From Felis catus (Eukaryota), in contig NC_058368.1 in the NCBI RefSeq assembly GCF_018350175.1, positions 69,132,001 through 69,196,000 on the forward strand: a DNA stretch of 64,000 bases, read 5' to 3'. Below, in pieces: positions 12,409 through 25,247 of this stretch. The notes beneath the pieces were generated by a model, which worked only from the letters and a program-made list of their open reading frames with translations, was not told the DNA's origin and did no database searches. Both the position numbers and the translations under genes were made by a program. Positions within the stretch are counted from its first letter, which is position 1. The number at the start of each line of letters is the position of its first letter.

Positions 12409-13990
12409 TTTTTGAAAATTACACAGAGGTAATAGCTTAAAATCTCTCCCAGCTAATCAGACCATCCAAGCCGCAACAATGCTAGAAAGCAAAGGGTGGA
12501 GCATTAATGTGTCTGTGTCAAGATAGTTTCTCACTCACCATTGGCCAAGGAGGTTTGGTCCCCTCTGGCCTTTCCAGTTCTCATCTTAAAAACATCGTAT
12601 GAGATTACCCTGCAGGCACCTGCAGCCTCATGTTTGGTTGGGTACTTAAAGCTGTCCGGAAGTACCCCTGGACATCACACTGGACAGTTGGACCGTGAGC
12701 TCTGTTGGATCCCCTCTGCTCTGGTTTCTTGTGAGAAATCATCATTTCCATCGAGTCTTACAGCATCAGCCCTGGGGTGCCAGCCAGTTGCAGCCATGCA
12801 GAGCCAAGCATACATCTGTCTCACCAGTTCTCATATTCATGCCAAGAAATTCTCAGCTCTGCCTGCAATGCCCAAGAAGTTTCAGGGTATTTGGAGCATC
12901 TGAAGAGGAGGGAGCAGGCAGAAAATAAAACACACGGGCAGCCAGTAAGCCAAGCGAAGAGCATGTGGTTGAGGACGCGGAGAGATCTCTCTGACACCCT
13001 CGGCTACCACCCCCGTCTGTACCTGCAGACCTGCATCCTGCTGGTGCATTTGATTGAATTTGTGGAGCAGACAGACGGCACGGCTCCATTGTGAAGGGGA
13101 TGGTGGACCGGGCGCAAGGAAGGGGGCGAGTCAGCAAGAGAAGGAAGAGGGGGACGTTATCTGCTTTCCCAGGCTTTTACCTCCTGGCTTGAGAGCTACC
13201 CACTCTGTTCTGCTCCACAGGTTTCCATTTTAAATTAGCACTAAATGAAACAGAATTAAAATATGATGAAGTAGCCTTTGGGTGACTCTGCTTTGCATTT
13301 AAATCCTGGTAAAACATTGCAATTCCAAATTCTGAACGACTTTCTAGTTCAAAGAATAATTTGAGTTTGAGGATAAGAGTGGTTTTTAGAGCTTCTTTGA
13401 AGGAAGGAAGAAAGGCTTGCTAAATTTAACAAGAAAGGACGTGAGGAGTTGAGGAGGAAAGTCTACTGCACCTCAACGGCCACTGGTACCTTGCCTCCAA
13501 CTCCGTTTATGAAAAGGGAGGAATCTGAAGTATGGGTTTGACCTTTCTTAGGAGCTGAAGACTGTTGGCAATACAGCTATAGCCTTCACACCCGGCCTGT
13601 CTGGTACCTTCCAGCTCTGTGATATGTTACCATAAAACCAATAAGATTGAATGCGGAGCCAGAAGAGATTAAGAGACCACCTTGCCCGATTCCCTCATCT
13701 ATATCTCTCCAACCATCTTTACTGAAGCTCAGGAAGGTTAGGTCACCTTGCCCAAGACTGTCCTGCTGGCTGGCAATAGACTGGCTGCTACCACAAGCCA
13801 GTCCCTGGTGGTCCATCCATTCTCTCACACTGTCTACTCCAATGCTCAAGGCTCCAAGGTTGAAAATCCAAAGCAAAACCTGGAGAATCCTCAGAATTTC
13901 AGACTCTCTGATCTCACTGAGAAACAGAAGTCTCTTGACTCAGCCCGAGACAGAATTTTTCATCGATTCATTATAAAGGCTCAGATTTAA

Positions 13991-14212
13991 CGACACACGG
14001 GTGGCTCAGTCAGTTAAGCGTCAGATTTCGGCTCAGGTCATGATCTCCCATGAGTTTGAGCCCCATGTCGGGCTCTGTGCTGACAGCTCAGAGCCTGGAG
14101 CCTGCTTCAGATTCTGTGTCTCCCTCTCTCTCTGCCTGTCCCCTACTCACGCTCTGTCTCTCTCTCAAAAATAAATAAACATTTAAAAAAAAAATATATA
14201 TATATATATAAG
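13991..14212 (+). mobile_element. Can-SINE
   Basis: gtggctcagtcagttaagcg head, A/TA tail; degenerate TSD aaaggctcagattt / aaagtctcaggttt. Confidence 0.9.
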
Positions 14213-15221
14213 AAAAAGTCTCAGGTTTGGAAGCATCCCTTCTAAGGTAATCAGTCTTTTTCAAGATGCACTCTTCTTTGCACAAGTTGACAGACAAGAA
14301 ACTTCCTCCATGCACACGGACACATTAGCAGTTACATGCCATGTGAAGCCTCACTCCTCCTGAAGAGCTATGAAACCGTATTCCAGGAGGATGATTACAT
14401 GAGAAACACCTTCAAATGTTAACAGCACTTCGAAGAGAAATAAAAAGACCACTGCTGTAAATTCCCTGATAGTTACAGTTACTTTCGGGGCATTAAGTCC
14501 TGTGTCTGCGAGCGGACAGAGAAGAATGTCCTGGGCTGGACTCTGGGAGCACTGTAGTGGGGGAGGGAATCCTCTCTGCGCTGTCTGCATCCGGAAGACA
14601 GGATCGCTCAAGAAGCCCTATAAGGCAGGAGCGTTCAGTGTCACTAACAACAGGGAAGGAAGGTGGTCAGTGATTCAGTACACATGAGGCACCCGTCTCA
14701 AGCTGAGATGAACACCCCCACAACTGAGAGCGTCTGAAAAACAAAATTTACACCCAAAAGAAAAATAGGTAGGGGCATGACAGACAATAAAAGAATGAAT
14801 GAACATAAAGGGTGAAAACATTCTCTGCCTTACAATAATGTAGTGAGAGATACATTTTTTGATCTCCAAATTGAAAAACAACTTTTAAATTGTAATTCTC
14901 TGTCTCTCCAGATTTCCTATTTCATTCTTCCAGTAGTTTACATTTTTCAGAGAGTAATGGGAAATATCACATGTTCATGTTTTTTAATTTGGTGATTGAA
15001 TCAACTCTGGAAATTTCCCCTTAATGAAACAGTGAGTGTACACAAAGATTAATATATAAGCACATTATTGATGTATTTATAACAGTCCAATAATAGGCAA
15101 TTGTCTAATAAAAGACAGATGGCTAAATGTTTAGCAAGATTCAGGTGTCTAAGGAAGTCATGGTCTGTGGAACCCTGACTGTCAAGCAGCCATTAAAAAT
15201 ATGTTAACAACAACTACCTTT

Positions 15222-15423
15222 GGGGCACCTGGGTGGCTCAGTCGGTTGAGAGTCCAGCTTCAGCTCAGGTCGTGATCTCATGGTTCCAAGTTCAAACCCC
15301 ACATTGGGCTCACTGCTGTCAGCACAGAGCCCACCATGGATCCACTGTTCTCCCCCCACCCCCGCCTTTGCCCCTCCCACACTCACACTCTCTCTCTCAA
15401 AAATAAATAAAACATTAAAAAAA
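15222..15423 (+). mobile_element. Can-SINE
   Basis: Typical head and tail; degenerate TSD aacaactaccttt / aataaccaccttt. Confidence 0.9.
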
Positions 15424-15439
15424 TAACCACCTTTCATTG

Positions 15440-16536
15440 TGCCCTTCCTCTGTGATAAGTTGGTATGGAGAGCGTGACGAAAGAATCTAGCTGTATTATA
15501 AATGTGTAGAACAACTTCACTGAAAGGAGTCTGGGAATAAGGGGCTGGCCTAAGTAACACTGGGAATGAAAAGCCTAGAAGAAAAAAGGCCAAAGAAACT
15601 GTAGCTAAGCACTGTGATCTAGTTGATAAAGGTCTTTTCCATAAGAGTATGGATTAACAAGGCTGAAACCACTACATATGTGCAGAGTAATTTAATAATT
15701 AAGTAAATGGCAGGTGATAAGAGTGGGAGTGAAGTTTCTCATTATTGGAGTGACAGAGTACACACAAGCAAAGGGAAAAGTCTAGATTGATCCATGTGGT
15801 GATGAACTGAGTTGGACATACAAGCATCAACTCCTGTCTAGCTTCAGACAGATGCAGATGGTTACATATAGAAACATGTTCGATAAGACAGGTGATCTAG
15901 AAGCTAAGACACGCCAGGAGCATCCAGTTCATTGTTTCTGGTACCATTTCCAGCAATAGGAATCAGGGCTTGTTGGAGAAACAGCTGATTCTAGGACTGG
16001 GGCGGGAAACCTACAGGAGGAGCCTGGAGCCTCCTGTGATTCCAGAAAGTAAGACAGGGCTAACACAAGTAAACAAACAACAACCTGCACAATGATGGGA
16101 AAACGTCAAAGGGACACAGGCACCAATTAAAAGACCTCCCGGTGCTCGAAGCTGGACCAATTAGGGCAACAATATAAATCATATAGATTGGATTATAAAC
16201 CAACATATAATATTGATATAATATCATCGGTATTATACTGTCAACTAATAAATATTGAATCCATACTGATATAAATAAATGATTGAGTAAATAAATGTGG
16301 GACAAGAGACAAATCTCCCATGCAGAAGTATCCCAAATAATTTATGGAGATACTTAGCTCTCAGAGAGATAACTCTCACTCGTTAAATGTGGTTTACACA
16401 AGGGTGCTAGAGTGGCTCAGTCGGTTAAGCGTCCGGCTTGTGACTTTGGTTTAGGTCACCACCTCACAGTTCATGGGTTCAAGCCCTGCCTTGGGCTCCG
16501 CACTGAGTGTGGGCCCTGCTTGGGATTTTCTCTCTC

Positions 16537-16586
<50 letters not shown>

Positions 16587-17215
16587 TCTCCCCTGCTCGT
16601 GCTCTCTCTCTCAAAATAAATAAATAAACATTTTTAAAAATGTGGGTTACACAAACTGACTTCTTCCCAGAGGGTGCAGTATGCAAAACGGGAGAAAAAA
16701 GAAGTGACTTCACAGTAGAGAAACCTGCTAAACTCTGCTTCAGTGGGTGATGAAGGGCAACATTGTTGATAATATGTATTGTAATGTCACCTGTTTCTGG
16801 GCTTTTCCTCCCTGGAGCCCAGAACACAGTGAGATGAATCCCCAATCGCATACTACAATATACTCGACAAAGTATTTTTGTTCCTCAAAGCTGTCAGTGT
16901 GGTCAAACACAAGGAAAGTCCGAGAAGCTGTCAAAACCAATAGCAGCCTAAGGCAACACGACCACTGAGTGTAATGTGGTGTCCTGGAATGTGCTCCTGG
17001 GTCAGTAAAAGGACATTAGAGTATAATTCAGGAAATAGGAATAAAGTGTGGATTTTAGTTAATTATGTATCAATACTGGCTCATTTGTAACAAATGTACA
17101 TACTAATGTAAGATGTTAATAATGGAGGAAAGTAGCCACTGGGCACTATGGGAACTCTACACTATGTATCCAGTAATTCTGTAAATCTAAACTTGGTCTT
17201 TAAATTCTGCAAATC
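15440..17215 (+). mobile_element. Old L1 (L1MC/L1MD-like) 3' UTR, interrupted by a Can-SINE
   Basis: Motifs ttggagaaacagctgattctaggactggggc..gagcctggagc and 3' end ggaactctacactat..ctgtaaatctaaa. Confidence 0.65.
16402..16637 (+). mobile_element. Can-SINE
   Basis: Long (CT)n; TSD aaatgtggtttacacaa / aaatgtgggttacacaa. Confidence 0.92.
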
Positions 17216-17939
17216 TAAAAAGCTTAGTAACAGCGACAACAAAAGCTAATTATCAGTGCTAAGTAATGTCCAGGAAGGAGGGTTAATGGCCATTTAATCT
17301 GCTCTCCAGTTTCACATTTGGTTGAAATTCTTTACGGGAGTCCTATTCCGATTGGAACAGGTGTGCTTCATAAATGCAGCAATAAATTTGCCTGCTCTGA
17401 ATGTCACAGCTTCACTAGGATTCCTGCATTCTCAGAAAGTTCATTCTGACCCCCCCCCGCCCTTCTTCATTATTACAATCTACGTTACACTCGTATCATG
17501 ACACGAAAATGTGAGACACCCCAACCAACCATTTCTCTGCTCCGCTCCCCCCAAATCTCCAGAGTTTGATTTAGTAATATACCTGAGCCACCTCATTACT
17601 TCAGTGTAACAAAGAGGAAATTAGCACTGAAGCCACATTAATTATTAATTGCGTATCTTTTATTAAACAGAAAATGGGAATTACCGGGTACTTATCTGCA
17701 CTTTAATAGAGTAACTCTAACTACTGTAAGAACAGCCTCTGTGGATCTCAGGACTGTCCCCTCCCCATCCTGCCTTTTCCATGACTGATTCTTCACCACA
17801 GGATCTGAGATGAAAGAATTAAGTGTGATAACAACAACATTGAAGTTGACAATGATAACGCATAATATTAATTGAGCACTTACTACGGGCCAGGCACTAT
17901 TCTATTTGTTTTGCCAGTTTGTTGTTGTTGTTGTTGTTA

Positions 17940-18028
17940 AGTAATCTCTACACCCAATATGGGGCTTGAACTCATAATGCCTGGATCAAGAGTTGCATGT
18001 TCTAATGACTAAGCCATCCAGGTGTCCC
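17940..18028 (-). mobile_element. Short Can-SINE variant (tRNA part only)
   Basis: gtaatctctacacccaatatggggcttgaactc..agccatccaggtgtccc. Confidence 0.8.
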
Positions 18029-18298
18029 TGGTTATTTTTTATTTTTTATTTTTTATTTTTGCTTTTGGTTTTTTTGGGTTTTTTTTTGTTTTTTTGTTTT
18101 TTTTTTTTTTTACTAAGAATAAGCTGGATTCAGAAGAGTGCAAGCAGGCAAAGCTACTTTATTTTTCTCCCACCCATGACTCTCAGTTATGTTATCCCAT
18201 CACACTCCTAGACAATTTGCAGTCAGAGAACAACGTTCAGGTCACTCTCAGGTATGAACAAACATCTCCACTTAGATATATTTAAAAGTCCAGTCCCT

Positions 18299-18460
18299 GG
18301 GGTGGCTGGAGGCTCAGTCAGTTAAGCATCCAACTCTTAATTTCGGCTCAGGTCATGATCTCATGGATCGTGAATTCAAGCCCTGCTTGGGGCTCTGTGC
18401 TGACAGCCTGGAGCCTGCTTGGAATTCTCTCTCCCTCTCTTTGCCCCTCCTCTGCTCACA

Positions 18461-18505
<45 letters not shown>

Positions 18506-18524
18506 ATAAACAAAAATAAAAGTA
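18299..18524 (+). mobile_element. Can-SINE
   Basis: Head, (CT)n, A tail; aaaagtccag on both flanks. Confidence 0.9.
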
Positions 18525-18544
18525 AAAAGTCCAGCAAGTCAAAC

Positions 18545-18985
18545 GCCCAGAAGAGTCAAACTAACAGAGACAGAAAATGGAATGGTGGCTGCCAGGGGCC
18601 AGAGGGGGGTATGGGGAGTTATTGTTCAGTGGATACAGGGCATCAGTTTTGTAAGATTAAAAGAGTTCCAGGGGCACCTGGGTGGCTCAGTCAGTTAAGC
18701 GTCCAACTTCGGCTTAGCCCCGCGTCAGGCTCTGTGCTGGCAGCTCGGAGCCTGGAACCTGCTTTGGATTCTGTGTCTCCCTCTCTTTCTTCCCCACCCC
18801 CTACTTGCACTCTGTCTCTCAAAAATGAATAAATGTTAATAAAAAAAATTTTTTTAAGACTTATGGAGATGAGTGGTGGTAATGGTCACATGGCAATAAG
18901 AATATACTTAATACCACTGAATTGTGCACTTAAAACCAGTCAAGACAGTAAATTACATATTATGTATATTTTACCACATTAAAAA
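18545..18985 (+). mobile_element. Old L1 3' end fragment, interrupted by a Can-SINE
   Basis: cagagacagaaaatggaatggtggctgccagggg .. taataccactgaattgtgcacttaaaa .. tgtatattttaccaca. Confidence 0.7.
18671..18850 (+). mobile_element. Can-SINE with internal deletion
   Basis: Head joins directly ggcttagccccgcg, lacking the ggtcatgatctc..gttcg segment seen in other copies. Confidence 0.88.
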
Positions 18986-19078
18986 TGTTGAAGAACAGAG
19001 ATGTAGCCCCACTAAAGTAATAAAATTATGGTTAACAAAAAAAAAACCCAAAATATTAGTATATGAAAATAAAACTTT

Positions 19079-19295
19079 AAAAAAAAATTTTTTTAACATT
19101 TATTTATTTTTGAGACAGAGAGAGACAGAGCATGAACAGTGGAGGGTCAGAGAGAGGGAGACACAGAATCTGAAACAGGCTCCATGCTCTGAGCTGTCAG
19201 CACAGAGCCCGACGCGGGGCTCGAACTCACGGACCGCGAGATCGTGACCTGAGCTGAAGTCGGCCGCTTAACCGACTGAGCCAGCCAGGCGCCCC
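19079..19295 (-). mobile_element. Can-SINE (young)
   Basis: CpGs preserved; TSD gaaaataaaacttt at 19065-19078 and 19296-19309. Confidence 0.95.
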
Positions 19296-20484
19296 GAAAA
19301 TAAAACTTTTAAGTGACTAGAGAAGCAGTGAGATTGGCTCAAAGTGTGACGAAAAGATAGGAGGGGGAGACTCGACATAGAGCTGTTGAAAGGCAGTAGT
19401 AAGGGGGAGCGGGAAAAGCTTCCTCATGATTTACTCCCACATTAAGTACAGCTTGTTCCATGAACTAATTACCTGCACTAATTTTTTCCTCACAACAGTT
19501 TTATGAGGTAAAGTGGAACGATGAATTTGCTGGAGAAGTAAACTTTCTTAAATGATACATTCTGACCTTCCATCAAAGTAAACCAATTTTCCCTGCTATT
19601 ATCTGTATAGATCTTTTGGGGACCAGGCCTCCCCTCTGTTGAAGTAAAGTTCAAAATGGCATGTTTCAAGTGGACGAGATATTTGGGGGGAGCTCCTAAT
19701 ATGGTACCTGGGAAAGTAATCAATCAATCTCAAGATGGAAACGAGATGGAAGAAATTGATTACTGAATGTTCATCAGTCAAAACCTGCCTCCTTCTGGTG
19801 GAAAAAGGGCTTAGATATCAGTTGGTCCATAAATCCAACAAAGCTCCAGCTATAATGACCTGCCTTACCTCCTGACACTGGATAGGGTAACCATTGTGTA
19901 ATCCTTTGTGTCCTTCTGTCACCATTTGTTTTTCATTTTCCATGCCCAGTGTGTCAAATCCTGAGACTGCCCTTGATCCGCTATATCAAGTTACAGATAA
20001 TCACTGTGTTACAGTCTACATGGAGTATGAGTAGCTCCTAGGATTAAGTCAGCAGGATTCATTGTTGTTGTTGTTGTTGTTGCTAATGTTGTTGTTCTGT
20101 TGTTGGTTTCTATTTATTAGCACTTTTTGGAACTGAGGAACTGAGAAGTTCCCATTTCAATCACCCCATTTCTAGAAATTCTTGCCAAAAGCTACTTAGG
20201 CTTCTAATAGTCCCTATTTGGACAAGAGGTTCACATCAATTGGCCAAAACAGTCTTTTCTTCCATTAAGTCCAGAAAATACTGAAGGTTTCCTATTTTTC
20301 TTTAGTATTGATTCAACTGTTAAGGAGTTGTAGGGCTATTGAGATCTTTGAAAACAGAACCAGGAAATTGAAATGGAAACAAAATAAGTAGTGGATATTA
20401 AGCAGTTACTTTGCACTCTGTGGAATATAGGTGCAAAGTCTTTGTCAGTCTGTCTTCCTAGAGAGAGTGAAATTGGTCACATTG

Positions 20485-21028
20485 AGTATTTTAGCTATCT
20501 ATTGCTGTGTAACAAATTGTACAAAGATTTATCCACTTGAAACGACAGGCATTTATTATAGGAGGGCTTCTGTGCATTTGGAATCCAAGTGTGGCTTAGC
20601 TAGGTGGTTCTGGCTCAAGTTCTCTCATGAAGTTGGAGCCAAGGTATTGACTAGGACTGTAGTTATCTCAAGACTCAATGGGGGCTGGAGAATCTACTTC
20701 CAAGACGGCGCACTCTCATGGCTGTTGGAAGAAAGCATCGGTTCCTTGCTGTTGTCAGGAGAACGTGCCACATGAATGAAGACATACAAGTCTTCACAAT
20801 ATGGCAGCTGGCTTTCCCTCAGAGTGAGTGATCCAAGAGAGATCAAGGGAAAAGCCACGAAGATTTTTCTTACCTAGTCTTGGAATCCAAATGCAATCAT
20901 TTCCACCATATTCTATTCCTTAGAAGCAAGCCTAAATGCAGCCCGCCCTCAAGAGGAAGGAAATTAACGTCCATCCCTGGAAGGGAGGAGTATCAAGGAA
21001 TTCATGTACATGTTTTAAAACCACCACA
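20485..21028 (-). mobile_element. MLT1-type MaLR solo LTR
   Basis: ttagctatctattgctgtgtaacaaatt .. ggctggagaatctacttccaaga .. ttttaaaaccaccaca. Confidence 0.75.
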
Positions 21029-22242
21029 TTAAGATTTGGCGATGCAGTTGTTGTTTTGAATGTTTGTTTATTTTGCACTTATGCTCGCAGTAAGCAGAAG
21101 TATCCTTAAGTGAAACAAATACAGATGCTAATTACAGAGAATAATTCTAATACAATATGTGCTACTCTATTATCGCCACAAAAAGCAGATTTTTCTCCTT
21201 TGAATAACGAGAAACAGAGACACTCTTGAAAACCTGGACTCCAAAACTCTAGGTAAGAATCAAATATCTTGAAATAAAAATTCTTTCAATATTGTTCTCT
21301 TTTTCCAGTTCAAAAAGTGATATTTTAATAAAACAGCATCAATTAAAGGAAGTGCTTATGTTTATACAGAGTTACATTACTAAATTCAAAATGACTCAGT
21401 CCAATCTTATTTCCTCCTTAATAACAATAGTTTAATCAAGGAAGTAATTCTTGATGAAACTCTAATAGCCAAACTTCTATAAAAAATTACCACAAACTTC
21501 TCACTTAATCAACTAGCATTCATGATGTAAATTAACATTCATGGTATAAAGCTTTCAAGTTCTATCTAGGTTGATTAAACAAGGCAAACCAGGACCCATG
21601 CACATTAAATTGGCTTCAATTTACTTCAATGGCATCAAAGTTCTTCCACGCATTATTTACATTATTTTCCTTTCACAAAATGCATTTTAAAAATCACAGG
21701 AGGAATGAACATTTGAAGCATGGCTAAGGACATCAGGAAAGTGTCTTTGGAGATATTCCCTATGGAATTTTGAGATTATGTGGTAGTTTTTTGGAAAACA
21801 CAGCCAGAAATGGTTATTTTGATGCCCTCCTTTTTCTCAGGAAGATCAAGGTATTGGTCACTATGCTGCCCTTGAAAGTGTCTTACTTAATCAAAACTAG
21901 CCTCAACACACTGCAAAATGTTATCATAAAGCCCACCAGGCTTTATAATTCCAAAGTTGAATTTCCAATTTAAATATGGTGGTCTGAAGTCAGAATATCT
22001 TCTTATCTTCTTGGGAATCATCAGAAAGCCACAAGAAGAATGAGAAAAGAAAATGACGCAAGACCCATTTGTCATGAAACCAAGAAAGAGAAAACTTTAC
22101 ACCACCAGTAGACAGAAAGGTGGTCAAAGACAGAGTCAAGTAGGAATATGTGTTCAAAGATAAACAAAGGACCATGAAAATGAAAAAGTCAAAGAAAAGG
22201 AGAGGGTCACCATTTCAGTTTTTACTATATGCAAAAGAATTT

Positions 22243-22352
22243 GGGGGCAATGCCCCACTCAGTCAGTAGAGCATAAGACTCTCAATCTCGGGGTTATGAA
22301 TTCGAGCCCCACATTGGGTGTAGAGATTATTTAAAAATAAATTCATAAAAAA
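22243..22352 (+). mobile_element. Short Can-SINE variant
   Basis: ctcagtcagtagagcataagactctcaatctcggggttatgaattcgagccccacattgggtgtagagatta plus A tail. Confidence 0.8.
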
Positions 22353-23451
22353 ACTGAGAATAAGACAGGCATCTGAATAGAAGATATAACAGTTTTTTTT
22401 TAATATTTATGCACCAAAAAACATAGAACATATATTCATAGAACATTAACCATAATCCAAGTCTCTCAAGAACTTCATGAGTTTTCTAAATATTTGATCC
22501 CCATCTGTGTTGATAGCCACACTCATGCTTCTGTTTCAGATATGCTTCTCTCCCTAGAATTAATTATACATATGCTGGGAAAAGCTAAGACCATATCCAT
22601 AGGCTTTGGGAACCATTTGATGCAGATGATCTCCTGCAGCTCCATGGGTTCTGACATATGATACCTTGATTATCATTTTTCTAGATATTCTAAAATTTGG
22701 TTTGATTTCAAATCTTTGAGTTACCAGTTATTTAAGGGAATTTTTAAACCTCCAATTGATAGAGGAGTCTTCATTCCAGCCTTTATTTTAATTATATACT
22801 AGCATTACTACATTGGGATAAGTATATGTTTCTGTATTCTGTGTTCTTTATAGAATTTAATGAATTGTCAAAAGTGCTGCCAGCCAGGATTAAGAAAGAC
22901 TATAACCATTTAAGACATAAGCCTTTGTTTTCTCCAATTCTCTACTGGCAGGAAACAGACTGAGATAGCATATTCTTCAATGCCTGCTTCAGAAGTGGCT
23001 AAGGAATATGATGATAAAGAAAGAACCTTCCAGAGAGCAGAGTCAAGAGCCACAGAGAACAATAAAGTAGGGACCTCTTCCCAGGGAATAAAGTGCAGGC
23101 TAATAAAGAAAAATTCTCTACCCCCAGAATAAGGGGGCCAGGCAACATCGCCCAGAGGATTTGAGTATTGTTATAAACCAGTGACAGTCCTGTACCTCTT
23201 CGTCAGCCCGATTTTGAGTGGGTGTCCTTGTGAAAGTTAACCTGCCTCTGTTCCATCATTGTATGCCACATGAGCAAGGGGAATGATTGTCTTTAAATTC
23301 ACAGTTCTCTCAGTCAAGAGGGACCAAATTCAAAACGAATATAAATGAAATCCCAGATATGACAAATGGATGAGACTTCAGCATGTCTTGTGTAAGAGTA
23401 AGTATATTCTGCGTGTGAGAGGGATGTAAAAAAATAGACAAAAGAGCAGAC

Positions 23452-23905
23452 TGTGGTAGAATAAAGTATTGTCCCCCATTCTTATGCCCACTCAGTAGTA
23501 GAATTATATAGCCACTTCCTCTGCCATGTGACTTTATAGTAACATCAACTACAGTAGGCAGGGTATGTTTTGCCACGTCACTGATGCCGGGTTTGGCCAT
23601 GTGACTTGTGTCGGTCGATGAAATGTGGGTTTAAAGGACAGCATACAAGTACCTTGCTGAATGACTCAAGAGGCATCATGTGATTCCATGGGTCCTCTTG
23701 TGCGCCTCTCATTTATGTTGTGCAGGATGACCCCTGGGAAGCCCCTGGACCACAGAGGATGAGAGACAGTTGGAGCAAAACTGAACCAAAACTGCAGCCT
23801 GGAGACTAAGATCCAGCCTAGCTTAGCTGGCCTGTAGATCCATGAGCAAAACAACAGTGGTGTTGTTCTAAGCAACTGGAATTTGGAGGGATTTGTTCCA
23901 TAACC
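23452..23905 (+). mobile_element. MLT1-type MaLR solo LTR
   Basis: tgtggtagaataaa .. ggtttggccatgtgacttg .. aagcaactggaatttggagggatttgtt. Confidence 0.65.
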
Positions 23906-23939
23906 ACAAACCACAGGAAAAGTAGAAGAGGCCACAAAT

Positions 23940-24755
23940 ACATAAAACTTTTGTAAAAGAATAAAAACTATAACTATAGAAAATTATAATAATTACATAA
24001 ACTTTTTTGCCCAATTATGTGCAAATAAATTTGCACAGTAAAATTTGAAGAGTTAGATAAAACACATAATTTGCTAGTAAAGTACATTTACCTAAATCAG
24101 CTCTAGGCAAGAGAGTTAGTCTTAACAGATCAGTTTCTATAGAGGAAATAAGAAAAATTGTCACATAGCACTCTCACCAACTTCCCATTGAAAAAGTAAT
24201 GGACTCAGATAGCTTCACAGCGGAATGCTTTCTTTAAATAGCATACCTCCAACATTATTTGAACTGTTTTAGAGCATGAGAAAGGAGGGAAAACTTCTAA
24301 ATACTTTTTAATGAAGTAATATGGATACCAAAATCCAGCAAAGATTTAATAGGAAAAGTCAAGTACAGATCAAACCAATGTATGAATATTAACTTTAAAT
24401 TTCATAAAATGTTAGTAAATAACATACATTTATAATCAGGTAATGCATCTGACCTAGCAGAGTTTACTCCAGAAATGTAAAATGTATCAATATAGAAGAA
24501 ATTTATTGACACGTTTCACCATATCATATTCTAAGAATGAAAATTATATTATCCTTTTCATGAGAGGTGCCAGTAATGTGTTTGATAAATTGAACATACA
24601 TTCTTAGTCAAGATTCTTAATCAAATAGAAATATATGGATATTCCCTTAACATGGTCAAATAAATCTGTCTCCATCCAGAGCTAGCCTTCCGCTTAATGA
24701 AGAAACATTCTCAAAGTCAGGAATAAGGCATAAGACTAAGATGCCCATTACCATT
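23940..24755 (+). mobile_element. Highly degenerate L1 ORF2 fragment
   Basis: Residual similarity to ORF2 DNA seen intact at 55100-55850 (tatgtgcaaataaatttg, ggactcagatagcttcacagcggaat, aagtcaggaataaggca). Confidence 0.6.
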
Positions 24756-25020
24756 GTCTTTTTGTTATTCTTCTTACAAACAGGACATATATGAGCATCC
24801 TTATGCATATGTCTCGATGGACATGAACATGAGATGGTTGCCTTTGGGTCCATACCTGGGACTAGAGTTTCTGAATCAGAAGTACATGAAGTTTCCATTG
24901 TATAAGACAATGAAAAATAGTTCTGCAAAGGGAAGACACCAAATTACCCTCCTACCAGCAGCGTGTAGGAGACCTTACTGACCCACATTCTCACATATAT
25001 TTGGTATTGTCAAACTTCTT

Positions 25021-25247
25021 TTTTTTTTTTTTAATTTTTTTTTTCAACGTTTATTTATTTTTGGGACAGAGAGAGACAGAGCATGAACAGGGGAGGGGCA
25101 GAGAGAGAGGGAGACACAGAATCGGAAACAGGCTCCAGGCTCCGAGCCATCAGCCCAGAGCCTGACGCGGGGCTCGAACTCACGGACCGCGAGATCGTGA
25201 CCTGGCTGAAGTCAGACGCTTAACCAACTGCGCCACCCAGGCGCCCC
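25021..25247 (-). mobile_element. Can-SINE, very young felid (SINEC_Fc-like) copy
   Basis: CpG-rich body, long T tail, perfect TSD ttgtcaaacttctt at 25007-25020 and 25248-25261. Confidence 0.96.

Noticed and set aside
12777..13094. 105-aa ORF with protein-like composition after a tttcag
   Set aside because: No recognisable family, weak polypyrimidine tract and no supporting neighbouring exons
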